This document shows positions 20,065-30,915 of a DNA stretch of 64,000 bases, one piece after another. The first letter of the stretch is position 1. Every line of letters begins with the position of its first letter. A program made the translations under genes and the position numbers. Origin of the DNA: an uncultured delta proteobacterium (GTDB lineage Bacteria > Desulfobacterota > RBG-13-43-22); NCBI GenBank assembly GCA_963790475.1, contig CAWBOS010000011.1, positions 32,001 to 96,000 on the forward strand. Direction: 5' to 3'. A model generated the notes under the pieces. That model worked only from the letters and a program-made list of their open reading frames with translations, ran no database searches and had not been told where the DNA came from.

Positions 20065-22456
20065 CTATTTTCCCCGGGTTACGGGAAGGATTATCTTAAC
20101 CTCGGTTCCTACCCCGACCCGGCTCTTGATTTCCAGACGACCCCCGTGGGCCTCCACAATGCCGAAACAAAGAGAAAGGCCCAATCCGGTGCCTTTGCCC
20201 ACCGGTTTGGTGCTGAAGAAGGGCTCCAGGACTTTGCTGAGAATCTCTTCGGGAATACCTTCTCCGGTATCCTTCACCGAAACAATCACCGAAGGGGGGT
20301 TGCCCTCATCAAGATAGGAGCCGATGGTCAACTCTTTCGGCCCGGTCACCGGATCCATGGCATCTCTGGCGTTGGATATCAGGTTGAGGAAGACCTGTTC
20401 AAGCTGATTGGTATCTCCGTTGATCTTCGGCAGGTTTTCGGATAATTTTCTGGTGATGGTTATATTATGATTGAGGAGTTGCTGACCGGTGAGCAGTAAG
20501 GCATTTTCTATTGGCTGGTTTGATATCGATTTCCTGGAAATCGGATTCGGTCTGCCGGGAAAACTCTCGGAGGTGATTGACGATCTTTTCGATGCGGTCA
20601 TTGCATTTCCCGATGAGTTCCAAACGTTCCTGGTTGGGACAGTCCTCATGAAGGTTGTTCTGGATGACATGGAAGATCGTCTGAGAGGCCATCAGGGGAT
20701 TATTCAGTTCATGAGCCACCCCGGCCACCAGTTCACCCAGGGCCCTCATTTTGGAAGCCTCTACCAGATAAAACTGGGTTTCTTTGAGCTTGGCCTCCAG
20801 GCGTTTTTGCTCGGTGATGTTTTTGAATATTCCGGAAGTGCCGATCACCTTGTCTTCTTCATCCCGGAGCAGAGAGGCCGAAGTCAATATGGTCAGGATT
20901 TCTCCGGTCTTCCTTTTGACTTCCATTTCATAGTGTTCAATCCGTCCCTTGGCCCTGATGAGGTTCATGATATCCCGGGCCTCCTGAATGCCCCGGACAT
21001 AAATCATCGAAATATGGTTGCCCAAAAGTTCCGATTTCTGGTACCCCAGCATCTCGGCAATCGCCCGATTCAGGTAAGTGATTTTGCCCTTGAGATCGGT
21101 GGTGACAATGCCGTCCACCGAACTCTCCATAATGTTTTCCAGAAATTCCTTGGTTTCCCGCAGTTCTTTTTCCAGGGTCTTTCGTATAGCGTAATGTTCC
21201 GGACGATTTCAACAAAACCCTTAATCTCCCCCCCAGGGATCGGCAATGGCCGTCAGAGAAGAGGAGGCCGGAAATCGTTCACCGTTTTTCCGAACCCGGT
21301 CCATCTCCTGATTGGTTAATCCTTCGGTCCTGATCCGATGTAACAAGGCTTTTCCAATCCCTTTTTCGGAGATGGAGGGCGGGAAGGTAACCGCGATATT
21401 CTGGGTGCGGATAACTTCCTCCTTTCTCCAGTCAAGGAGTTTTTCCGCCCCCTTATTGAATTCGGTGATGGTTCCGTCTACGTCCATGGCGATAATGCCA
21501 TATTGGGTGGTGCTCTCCAGGATACTGGTCAAAAAATGAGAGAGGGAACGGTATCTTTCCCGGGATTCCATCAGGTCTCTGGTCCGGAGTTCTACCAGAT
21601 TTTCCAGATTCGAAGTATAGTTTTGAATCTTTTCCGCCATCAAATTGAAAGATTCTCCCAGGGTCCCGATCTCGTCTTGGCCTTTGATTATTACCCTGTG
21701 GGAAAGGTCACCCGACGACATCCCGGTGGTAACGCGGGTAAGATCCAGAATCGGCCCGGTCAGGAAATTGGAAAGGAGGACGGTCAGAACAAAGGCGATG
21801 GCCAGGCTGACAAAAATCACAATAAAGATGAACCGTTCAGTTTCATAAAGGGAATGATAAATTTCTTCTTCATAGGCCCCGGCGGAAATGATCCAGTCCC
21901 AGGGTTTAAAATAGATAAATTTGGCAAGTTTCTGCCTGGGCTTGGTCTCTCCTAACTCAGGATTCATCCAGGGATAGCGGATTGTTCCTACTTTGCCGTC
22001 TCCCAGGACCAGGGCCTCTTTAATCATGGCCCGTATGTATTTGAAACCGGCTGAATCCGTTGAATCCAGGATATTCTCCCCTTCTTTGGCCGGATGGACC
22101 CGCAGGATGCCGCGGCTGTCAATGATAAAAGCGTAGCCGGTATCTCCCACTTTATTCTGTCTGATCTCTTCGTTTAAGGTGTTGAAGCTTCTACCCGTTG
22201 GCGGGTTGACCGTTCCCTTGGGCATCATTTCCTGCTGTGTTTTACACAAGGCATAGATGTTCCTGACCAGGTGTTCCAAGTCTTCTTCGGAGGCTTTTTT
22301 CAAGGCGTCATTGAATCGGGCCAGACTGAATGAGACGACGATCAGAAGGGGCAACAAAACCAGGAAGAGGGTCACGCTGATTAGTTTTTTCCGGATCTTC
22401 CAATCATGAAAAGGAATGGCAATTTTCGCGGGTTTTTTGGGTGGATAGTTTTCCAT
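20065..22456 (-). CDS. Cache-HAMP-PAS-PAS sensor histidine kinase split by three small indels
   Basis: ORFs 21221-22456, 20465-21130 and 20065-20670 carry consecutive Cache/HAMP/PAS, PAS/HisKA (AHELNNP) and HATPase (NLISNA, DTGEG, GTGLGL) parts. Confidence 0.85.
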
Positions 22457-22725
22457 CGGGCCGATCTCTGCTTGAGACGCCTCTGCTTAAAGAGGGTCAT
22501 CTGTCGAAATGATTTCTTTGGTGAATAAAACAAATTATATAACAGACCCGGGAGAGGGAGCAAGGAGAAAAACGATCCCGCTGCCACTATCCCCCGGGTG
22601 CAAATTTTTTGATTCAATGAGGGAAACAAAAAAGTGGCATATTCATTACTTTTTTGTTAGAAGAGAAAACAGGCCAACGGGTGGTGGAGAACGGACCACC
22701 GAAAACGGCTCATAGGGATCGATTG

Positions 22726-24438
22726 ATGCAGGATATCCGACAAACTAAAGGAGGCTACTCCAGGCTTTACCTTGATTTTATCTCCTTGATTTTTGTGACT
22801 TCTTTAATTCCCCATCTTTTGATCGGCTGGGGAATCTACTATTATTTTTCCGATTTTTCCAGGACACGGCTGAAGGCTACTTTTCAAGGTCAGGTCGAGG
22901 ATCACCGAAAAATTATTGAGATGTTTTTAAAAGAAAGGACCTCTGATCTCGATATGGTGGTCCAGACCCAATCCTTAGAACAGTTAGGTCGGCAGGAAAA
23001 TCTGGCCCGGGTCTTTGCTGCTCTAAACCGAGGCGGGCAATTTTTCATTGATTTAGGTGTAATTAATGAAAAGGGTAATCATCTGTCTTATGCCGGCCCC
23101 TATCAACTCATGAATAAAGATTACTCGCAGACCTTATGGTTTCAGGAGGTGATGAAAAAGGGAGTTTTCATCAGTGATATGTTTTTGGGTTTTCGTAATT
23201 CACCCCATTTCATCATCGCTATTTTAAGACATGAAGGGGGGCATCGCTGGATACTCAGGGCCAGTATCGATACCAATTATTTTCGTTCCCTGGTGGAAAA
23301 TGTCCGAATCGGCAAAACCGGGGAGTCTTATCTTTTGAATCAAGCGGGTACCTTTCAAACCAGCCCCCGTCTTACGGGCAGGATTATGGAAAAATCCCAC
23401 CTGCCTGTCGGGGAATTTCAGAAAGACAGCGGCGTAGAGATTGTAGAAGGAGATGAGGAAAGTCCTGACCGGCCCTTACCCCGTCAAATCATTGCTTACA
23501 CCTGGCTTAAGGAACCCCGTTGGCTGCTGGTGATCAAGCAGGACTACTCAGAAGCTTTCAAGGAGGTCAACCGGGTCAACTGGTCCACTTTGATTTTTAT
23601 TCATCTGAGCAGTTTGGGTATCATCATCCTTACCATCACCGTCACTTATTTTATAATCAGAATGATCCGAAGGCGTGATGAAAAAAACCGGCAGCTCAAC
23701 GATCAATTGATGCAGGCCAGTAAACTGGCCTCTATGGGAGAAATTTCAGCCAGTGTGGCCCATGAATTAAATAATCCTCTGGGGGGCATTTTGATCTACG
23801 CCAACTTGCTGCTGGAGGAAACACCGGAGGAAGATCCCAAGCGGAAAGACCTTAAAGAGATTATCGATCAGACATTACGCTGCAAGGAGATCGTTAAAGA
23901 CTTATTGGAATTCAGCCGCAAGTCCACCCACCAGCGGGTCCCTTGCAGCCTCAATCAATCGATCCGGCAAGCCGTTGACTTCCTGAGTAAGCAGGCCCTT
24001 TTTCAAACCCCCCTTTTTTTAGGTCCCATTGTTCAACCCAATATTCAGGTTGTCCAGGAGATCGATCCTGACCTGCCTTTAATCTCCGCCGATCACAACC
24101 GACTGAATCAGGTCCTGGTCAATCTGATCATCAATGCCGTGGATGCCATGGAAGGCAAAGGGACTCTGACCCTGCGAACCTATCAAGATCTGGCAGGAAA
24201 ACAGGTGGTCTTGGAGGTTTCCGATACCGGGATGGGCATCCCTCCGGAAAATATTCCGAAAATTTTTGAACCCTTTTTCACCACCAAAGAGGTGGGGAAA
24301 GGAACAGGGTTGGGATTGAGCACTGTTTACGGCATCGTCCAGGAGCATGGGGGAACTATCGATGTCCAAAGTGAGGTAGGAAAGGGGACGACCTTCATTT
24401 TGCATTTTCCTGTGGCAGATTCTCAATCCCAGAATTAA
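22726..24438 (+). CDS. dCache sensor histidine kinase (NtrB-like)
   Basis: Two TM segments, AHELNNPL, NLIINA, DTGMG, GTGLGLS. Confidence 0.92.
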   Translation: MQDIRQTKGGYSRLYLDFISLIFVTSLIPHLLIGWGIYYYFSDFSRTRLKATFQGQVEDHRKIIEMFLKERTSDLDMVVQTQSLEQLGRQENLARVFAALNRGGQFFIDLGVINEKGNHLSYAGPYQLMNKDYSQTLWFQEVMKKGVFISDMFLGFRNSPHFIIAILRHEGGHRWILRASIDTNYFRSLVENVRIGKTGESYLLNQAGTFQTSPRLTGRIMEKSHLPVGEFQKDSGVEIVEGDEESPDRPLPRQIIAYTWLKEPRWLLVIKQDYSEAFKEVNRVNWSTLIFIHLSSLGIIILTITVTYFIIRMIRRRDEKNRQLNDQLMQASKLASMGEISASVAHELNNPLGGILIYANLLLEETPEEDPKRKDLKEIIDQTLRCKEIVKDLLEFSRKSTHQRVPCSLNQSIRQAVDFLSKQALFQTPLFLGPIVQPNIQVVQEIDPDLPLISADHNRLNQVLVNLIINAVDAMEGKGTLTLRTYQDLAGKQVVLEVSDTGMGIPPENIPKIFEPFFTTKEVGKGTGLGLSTVYGIVQEHGGTIDVQSEVGKGTTFILHFPVADSQSQN

Positions 24439-24525
24439 TTCCCTTGACACCAAAAAGGGGGGTCTCTATATTTCTCAGGTCGAGAAGTGTTAAAATATTT
24501 TCCCCCTAACTCTAAGGAGGTTCTC

Positions 24526-25719
24526 ATGTTTCAGAAAGTTTTCATCCCTTATAAAGGTTATTGGTCTTCCCCTTTTTCCCGTTGGCAAATGTCCTTCCAA
24601 AATATTAACGCCGTTGAATTGGGAGCCCAAACAGCCCGGAAATTTTTAGAATTAAGGGGGCTTTCCCCGGATATTTTTGACGGCTGTGTTTTAGGCATGA
24701 CCATCGGACAACCCGCCTGGTTTTATGCCAATCCCTGGTTCTGCGGTCTATTGGGGAATGACCGGATCAGCGGACCGACCATCAGCCAGGCCTGCGCCAC
24801 GAGCGCCGCGGCCATTTATACCGCAGGACTTTGGGTGGAGTCGGGGAATTATGAGAATGTCCTGGTGGCCACCATGGATCGTTGTTCTAACGGCCCGCAT
24901 ACGATCTGGCCCAATCCTAACGGGCCCGGGGGGGAAGTGATCAGCGAGAACTGGAATATGGACAATTTTAACCGCGATCCCTATGCCGGGGAAGCCATGA
25001 TCAGAACCTCGGAAAATGTGGCGGCCATGTACGGAGGGATCACCAAAGAAGAATCGGATGCCATGGCCGTGCGGCGATATGAACAATATCTGATGGCCTT
25101 AGCCAACGACCGGGAATTTCAAAAAGGGTATATGATTCCGGTCGAAACCCGTATTTCCAAAAAGAAAACCCTGGTTATCGAAGGCGATGAAGGGATCACC
25201 CCCTGTACCCCGGAAGGTCTGGCCCCGCTCAAACCGGTCCTGCCCGGGGGATGTATCTCCTTTGGAGCCCAAACTCATCCGGCCGATGGAAACGCCGGTA
25301 TTATTGTGACCACCCAAGAGAAGGCCAGAGAACTGAGTTCCAATAAAGATATCACCATTCAGCTGATCAGTTATGGTTATGCCCGGGCCAAAAAAGCCCA
25401 CATGGCCGCTGCGGTATCACCGGCGGCCGAAATGGCCTTAGAAAAGGCCGGGATCGGGGTCAAGGATCTGAAAGCCGTTAAATCCCATAATCCCTTCACC
25501 GTCAATGACATCGTCATGGGCAAACTGATGAAAATCCCTGAAGCGATATTCAATAATTACGGGAGCTCTCTGGTCTTTGGCCATCCCCAGGGACCGACCG
25601 GGGCCAGATGCACTGTGGAACTGATCGAAGAGCTGGTCAAAATTGGCGGAGGGTATGGCTTGTTTGCCGGGTGTGCAGCCGGAGATACGGGAGCGGCTTT
25701 GGTAATTAAGGTGGATTAA
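24526..25719 (+). CDS. Thiolase-family protein
   Basis: QACATS, HPADG, HNPF, GHPQGPTG, CAAGD. Confidence 0.9.
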   Translation: MFQKVFIPYKGYWSSPFSRWQMSFQNINAVELGAQTARKFLELRGLSPDIFDGCVLGMTIGQPAWFYANPWFCGLLGNDRISGPTISQACATSAAAIYTAGLWVESGNYENVLVATMDRCSNGPHTIWPNPNGPGGEVISENWNMDNFNRDPYAGEAMIRTSENVAAMYGGITKEESDAMAVRRYEQYLMALANDREFQKGYMIPVETRISKKKTLVIEGDEGITPCTPEGLAPLKPVLPGGCISFGAQTHPADGNAGIIVTTQEKARELSSNKDITIQLISYGYARAKKAHMAAAVSPAAEMALEKAGIGVKDLKAVKSHNPFTVNDIVMGKLMKIPEAIFNNYGSSLVFGHPQGPTGARCTVELIEELVKIGGGYGLFAGCAAGDTGAALVIKVD

Positions 25720-25783
25720 TTCTGCCAAGTCTATTTGAAGTTTTGAAATCCTGGAGCCAGAATTGAAAAGGCCTAAGGATCGC

Positions 25784-25894
25784 TTCGCTTAAGGAGCATC
25801 CAGCCTAAGGCGGGATTTGAGGAATGAGGCAATCACCAACGCCGCCTTAGGTTCGTCGGAGACGAACGCTCCTCAAGTGAAACGGCCCTCAAGC
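25784..25894 (+). repeat. Structured dispersed repeat, copy B (homologous to 1497-1605)
   Basis: See copy A; terminal stem plus three internal hairpins. Confidence 0.8.
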
Positions 25895-25968
25895 GGTTTT
25901 TTTAAAACAACTCTTCTTCCCCCCTATCGCGAAAATGAATATCTCGCATTAACTTCGAGGCAAACAAA

Positions 25969-28032
25969 ATGCTGAATATCCAATCGCCAAATGGAATCAG
26001 TTTCCCTCTCGGAGCGACCGTCTGCCCGGAGGGTGTCAATTTCAGCGTCTATTCCAAAAATGCGGTCGGGGTGGAATTGCTGCTTTTTGAACGGGCCGAT
26101 GCCCCCCGGCCATCCCGGGTAATCCCCCTGGATCCGGCGAAAAACCGGACCTATTTTTACTGGCACGTCTTTGTACCCGGCCTGCACGCCGGCCAGATCT
26201 ACGGCTACCGGGTATCCGGACCCTTTGAGCCGGAGAAGGGGATGCGCTTCGACCCCTTGAAAATCCTGCTGGACCCTTACGGAAAAGCCCTGGTAACGCC
26301 GGATCATTACAACCGGCTGACGGCCGGTCTTCCCGGGGAGAACACAGCCACGGCCATGAAAAGCGTGGTGACGGATTTGGGCCGTTACGATTGGGAGGGG
26401 GATGCCCCTTTAATGCACCCTTTCTCCAATACCATTATTTATGAACTGCACGTCCGCGGTTTCACCCGTCATCCCAGCTCGGGTGCCGCAGAGGATAAGC
26501 GGGGCACTTTTGCCGGTTTGACGGAGAAGATCCCTTATCTGCAGGATTTGGGAATCACCGCTGTGGAACTCCTTCCGATATTTCAATTTGATGAACAGGA
26601 TGCTCCCCCCGGCTTAAGGAACTATTGGGGTTACAGCCCGATAAGCTTCTTCGTTCCTCACGCCGGTTATTGCGCCTGCCGTGACCCCCTCGGCGGGCTG
26701 GATGAATTCCGGGATATGGTCAAGGTCCTGCATCGGGCCGGGATCGAGGTGATCCTGGATGTGGTCTTCAACCACACCGCGGAGGGGGATGAAAACGGTC
26801 CGACCCTGTGCTATCGGGGTTTTGAAAACAAGGCCTATTACCTGCTGGAAGCCGACAGCGGCCGATACGCCAACTATTCAGGATGCGGCAACACCCTCAA
26901 TCCGAGCAACTCCATTGTCCGCCGAATGATCATCGACAGCCTGCATTACTGGGTCAGTGTAATGCATGTGGACGGCTTCCGCTTTGATCTGGCTTCTATT
27001 CTCTCCCGGGACGAAACCGGTAAACCCCAGGCCAATCCTCCGGTACTCTGGGAGATTGAGTCTGATCCGCACTTGGCCGGCACCAAGCTGATCGCCGAGG
27101 CCTGGGACGCAGCCGGGCTTTACCAGGTGGGCAGCTTTGTTGGTGAAAGCTGGGTGGAATGGAACGGGAGATTCCGAGATGATGTGCGTAGATTTATGCG
27201 AGGTGACCGGGACACCGTCACCAATGTAGCCCCTCGCCTGCTGGCCAGTCCGGATATTTACGGCTATCAGGAAAAAGAATCGGCCCATAGTGTTAATTTC
27301 ATTACCTGCCACGACGGCTTCACCCTCAATGACCTGGTCTCCTATAACTTTAAACACAACGAGGCCAACGGCGAGGAGAATCGGGACGGGATGGACGACA
27401 ACCTGAGCTGGAACTGCGGGATGGAAGGTCCCACAGACAACCCGGACATCGCCGGACTTCGCAACCGACAGGTGAAGAATTTCCTGGCCATCACCCTCTT
27501 GTCGCTGGGGGCGCCTATGCTCCTCATGGGCGATGAGGTTCGGAGGACCCAGCAGGGCAACAACAACGCCTACTGCCAGGACGAAATCAGTTGGTTGGAT
27601 TGGCGACTGCAGGAAAAGCATGAGGACATCCACCGTTTCGTGAAGGCCCTGATCGCGGCCCGCCAGTATAGAGACAACTCGATCCAATCGCGGGAAATCA
27701 CGCTGAATCAGCTCCTGAGGGAGGCTCGCCTTCAATGGCATGGGGTCAAACTCAACCAGCCCGATTGGGGCCCTGATTCCCGAAGCATCGCTCTGACCGC
27801 CTGGTACCTTAACGGAAGGTTACTGATCCACATGATGCTGAATGCCTTCTGGGAACCGTTGGCTTTTGAATTGCCCCCCCCTCAAAACACCTGGCGGCGA
27901 TGGATTGACACAGCGCTGGACTCCCCTGACGACATCAGCAGTTGGGACCAGGCCCCGGCCGTTTCCGGATCGACTTATCTGGTACAGTCACGGTCGATTG
28001 TGGTGCTTATGGAGCAAATAGAACAAAGTTGA
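25969..28032 (+). CDS. glgX: Glycogen debranching enzyme (isoamylase, GH13)
   Basis: NYWGY, DVVFNHTAEG, DGFRFDLA, IAEAWD, CHDGFTL. Confidence 0.95.
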   Translation: MLNIQSPNGISFPLGATVCPEGVNFSVYSKNAVGVELLLFERADAPRPSRVIPLDPAKNRTYFYWHVFVPGLHAGQIYGYRVSGPFEPEKGMRFDPLKILLDPYGKALVTPDHYNRLTAGLPGENTATAMKSVVTDLGRYDWEGDAPLMHPFSNTIIYELHVRGFTRHPSSGAAEDKRGTFAGLTEKIPYLQDLGITAVELLPIFQFDEQDAPPGLRNYWGYSPISFFVPHAGYCACRDPLGGLDEFRDMVKVLHRAGIEVILDVVFNHTAEGDENGPTLCYRGFENKAYYLLEADSGRYANYSGCGNTLNPSNSIVRRMIIDSLHYWVSVMHVDGFRFDLASILSRDETGKPQANPPVLWEIESDPHLAGTKLIAEAWDAAGLYQVGSFVGESWVEWNGRFRDDVRRFMRGDRDTVTNVAPRLLASPDIYGYQEKESAHSVNFITCHDGFTLNDLVSYNFKHNEANGEENRDGMDDNLSWNCGMEGPTDNPDIAGLRNRQVKNFLAITLLSLGAPMLLMGDEVRRTQQGNNNAYCQDEISWLDWRLQEKHEDIHRFVKALIAARQYRDNSIQSREITLNQLLREARLQWHGVKLNQPDWGPDSRSIALTAWYLNGRLLIHMMLNAFWEPLAFELPPPQNTWRRWIDTALDSPDDISSWDQAPAVSGSTYLVQSRSIVVLMEQIEQS

Positions 28033-28129
28033 GATTACAGGTCTTTCCCCGGCCTCCTCGATCCCGCCCAACTTAAAAGCTGAGAGATTTAATTCTGATC
28101 GGGAAGGATATTGACGCTCATGCAAATTA

Positions 28130-29242
28130 GGAAAAACAACCCTGGCCAAGATGGTTTTTAAGAAGTTGGCCTATGTAAGTCTGGAAGAACCCAACGAAAG
28201 GGAATTTGCCATTCAGGACCCGAAAGGTTTTCTCCGCAGGTATAACAAGGGGGTTATCTTAGATGAGGTCCAGAAGGTCCCGGCCTTACTTTCTTACCTG
28301 CAAGGATTGGTGGATCAGGATGATTCTCCGGGGAGATATATCCTGACCGGATCTCAGCGGTTTCAGCTTATGAATAAAGTCAGCCAAACCCTAGCCGGCC
28401 GGACAGCCATCGTTAACCTGCTCCCCTTCAGTCTCGGCGAACTCCTTGGAACCCCCAGGCCCGATCCCTGGAAGATGGCCGCCCTGCCCAAAAAGAGGCA
28501 AAAACCTCCTTTTAGTCTTGAAAAGATCCTGCATCAGGGGTTGTATCCCCGAATCCATGACAAGGGACTGGACCCCCAGGATTGGCTTTCGGCCTATTAT
28601 CGGACCTACATTGAGAGAGATGTCCGGGAAGTAACCAATATCGGCAATCTGGAAACCTTTCAGAGATTTGTCAGGTTATGTGCCGGAAGAAGTGGGCAGT
28701 TGCTTAATCTCTCCTCTTTGGCCGCTGATTGCGGGATTTCTCATACTACCGCCCGGCAATGGATCTCCGTTCTGGAAACAGGTTTTATCATCCATCTCCT
28801 CTCGCCTCATTATGCCAATTTCTCTAAAAGGATAATCAAGAGTCCTAAATTGTATTTTCTGGATACCGGTCTTTTATGCTACCTCCTCAGGATCAGAGAT
28901 CCGGAAGATATCGTTTCCCATCCCCTTAAAGGGGCCATCTTTGAAACCTTTGTCCTCTCTGAGCCATACAAGGCCTTTACCCACAGAGGCGAGACATCTC
29001 CCCTCTACTTTTGGCGGGATCACACGGGGCATGAAGTCGATTTCATTATCGACACCGGGAAAAATCTGATCCCTATAGAAGTTAAATCCGGTGAGACCAT
29101 AGGATCTTCTTTTTTTGACGGGCTGAGATTTTTTACCGCTCTTGGCCCCCCGGTCCTGTCTTCCGGTGTGCTGGTTTACGGCGGAGAAGCTCAATACCAA
29201 AGAGAAAAGTTTATCGTTCGACCCTGGTATCAATGTCCTTAG
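28130..29242 (+). pseudogene. AAA ATPase with a DUF4143-type C-terminal domain, apparently 5'-truncated
   Basis: ILDEVQ, LTGS, KLYFLDTGL, EVDF..PIEVKS. GKTTL lies upstream of the ORF's ATG and is preceded in frame by a stop, so the GPRQ part of the P-loop is missing. Confidence 0.7.
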
Positions 29243-29324
29243 ATTGAATTGATTCTTTCCTTAGTGGTTGGGCACAAAGGCATACTTTGATCCTTTCGGG
29301 GGTGGAAGTTCTGGTAAAGCCATT

Positions 29325-29419
29325 GCCTAACCAAAAAAATGCAGCGGATGCCCGGACACGCTCGGTGGTATTGTCCTCAAGTCGGCGGGGCCGGGCACCG
29401 CTGATTTTTGGCGTTCGAC
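29325..29419 (+). other. Integron attC site
   Basis: R'' GCCTAAC, L'' ATGCAGCGG, central palindrome, L' CCGCTGAT, R' GTTCGAC. Confidence 0.8.
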
Positions 29420-29481
29420 CAAAGAAAACAAAAGTTGCGCATGGTCTTTGAGTGGGGTATCATAATCATAGAGGGTAATTT

Positions 29482-29682
29482 ATGAGAATCGAAATCGAGA
29501 GAGAAGAAGATGGTCGCTGGATTGCGGAAATCCCAGAGCTTCCCGGCGTCATGGTTTACGGGGATACCCGCAAGCAAGCCATTTCAAAAGCGGAGGCGTT
29601 GGCCTTGCGAGTCATGGCTGACCGACTGGAGCACGAGGAAGAAATTCCAGAGCTTAAGGAAGTGTTCGCCGTCTCAGCATGA
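29482..29682 (+). CDS. hicB: HicB-like antitoxin (short form)
   Basis: EEDGRWIAEIPELPGVMVYGDT; overlaps the downstream toxin (ATGA). Confidence 0.88.
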   Translation: MRIEIEREEDGRWIAEIPELPGVMVYGDTRKQAISKAEALALRVMADRLEHEEEIPELKEVFAVSA

Positions 29683-29894
29683 GCCGATGGCCGTCAACAA
29701 AAGCCCAACAAGTCCTCACCGCCTTGCTTCGCATTGGTTGGACAGTCAAGCGGCGGCACGGCACTTCACATCGTGTTCTCGCCCGTTCCGGTTGGCCTGA
29801 GTACGTATTCGCATTCCATGACCGCGAAGAAATAGGCCCGAAGATGTTGGCACGGGTTGCCAAGCATACAGGCCTTACCCCTGAAGACTTATGA
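29679..29894 (+). CDS. hicA: HicA-family toxin
   Basis: L.RIGW..KR.HGTSH...FHD.EEIGPKMLARV. Confidence 0.88.
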   Translation: MSRWPSTKAQQVLTALLRIGWTVKRRHGTSHRVLARSGWPEYVFAFHDREEIGPKMLARVAKHTGLTPEDL

Positions 29895-29899
29895 GAATC

Positions 29900-29963
29900 G
29901 CCGAACTAATCAATGCAACGGATCAGCCCAAAATAGGTTTCCCGCTGATTTCTAGTATTGCTT
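29900..29963 (+). other. Degenerate attC site closing the hicBA cassette
   Basis: GCCGAAC...ATGCAACGG...CCGCTGAT, with the R' position reading ATTGCTT instead of GTTRRRY. Confidence 0.6.
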
Positions 29964-29973
29964 GTCATACTAC

Positions 29974-30581
29974 ATGAAGACATTTAGTCAGCGGAAGGGC
30001 TTCAACCCTGTTTCGGAAACGATTCAATCAGTAAAGCCCTTTGATTCCACTATTTCAAGAAACCCATTGATTCAAGGCCAGACCGAGGAGGCAGGATTCT
30101 TGAAGCAATACGGGACTACTTCTTCCAGTGCAGATGGTTCGAGGTATATGACTTCTTGGAGTTCGTTGTAGCTCACTACAGCCGGACAAAACCAAGGCTG
30201 GCGGTATTGTTCGTAAACGATAAAACCTTATTCAACTTTATCATCCCGGATTTACTTAGGGTCCAAATCCGTAGCCTCGACGCCATCTTTAAACCCCACC
30301 TTCAATGCGTTCTTGCATCTGAAAATTTTTCCGATTAGTTTCTGGCAAAAGCACAATCCGAATTCGAAACGGTGGGCTACGGAAACACCAATAGCAAACG
30401 TATACTCGGATGTTTGAATGATTTGCTTTCCATTACAAATACAATATTCTCAGCGAGGGGGGTGTTCAAAGCCCTGCTGTCCCCGCAATCATCCAAAAAA
30501 TGAACAGAATACCAATGGGAGCAATTGAGTGCGTTTTCCCGATTGAGGCGTTACGGGCTGTCCATGACAGTGCTACATAAC
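29974..30581 (+). pseudogene. Fragments of two decayed cassette ORFs
   Basis: MKTFSQRKGFNP...IQ and YDFLEFV resemble an AbiJ N-terminal domain. LFVNDKTLFNF...TNSKRILG is broken by stops and frameshifts. The region ends at an ACATAAC R''-like heptamer. Confidence 0.5.
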
Positions 30582-30642
30582 AATTCAGACAAAAAGACGC
30601 AAGAAGCTAAGGTTTTTGCGTCCCTTGGATTCAAACTTCCTT

Positions 30643-30915
30643 TTAGAGTAAAACTACGGTCTGATCATTGGGAATTTCGAATCGGCAGCGGCAGCGCGGA
30701 TTGGGGCAGGTCAGGAAATCATCCACCCGCACCAGGTAGTCTCGGGCCTTGGCAAACTTGGCCCGGTCTAGTTCACCGGCGCCGGGGGGCAGTTTCTTCT
30801 TCTTGGAGCGTCGCAACCACCGGACCGAGAATTCGTTTTGTTGGCGGCACTTCGGACAGGTGTGGGTGAATTTTTTAGTCTCCGGGGTTTCGTCGTAAAA
30901 GTTTCTCTCGTCCAT
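30643..30915 (-). CDS. Small basic zinc-binding hypothetical protein
   Basis: CPKC and CPNPRC pairs, 90 aa. Confidence 0.75.
   Translation of the reverse strand: MDERNFYDETPETKKFTHTCPKCRQQNEFSVRWLRRSKKKKLPPGAGELDRAKFAKARDYLVRVDDFLTCPNPRCRCRFEIPNDQTVVLL

Noticed and set aside
22634-22651. Sigma54-like site TGGCATATTCATTACT
   Set aside because: The -12 position reads AC rather than the conserved GC.
26878-27741. 287-aa minus-strand ORF
   Set aside because: Antisense shadow of glgX.
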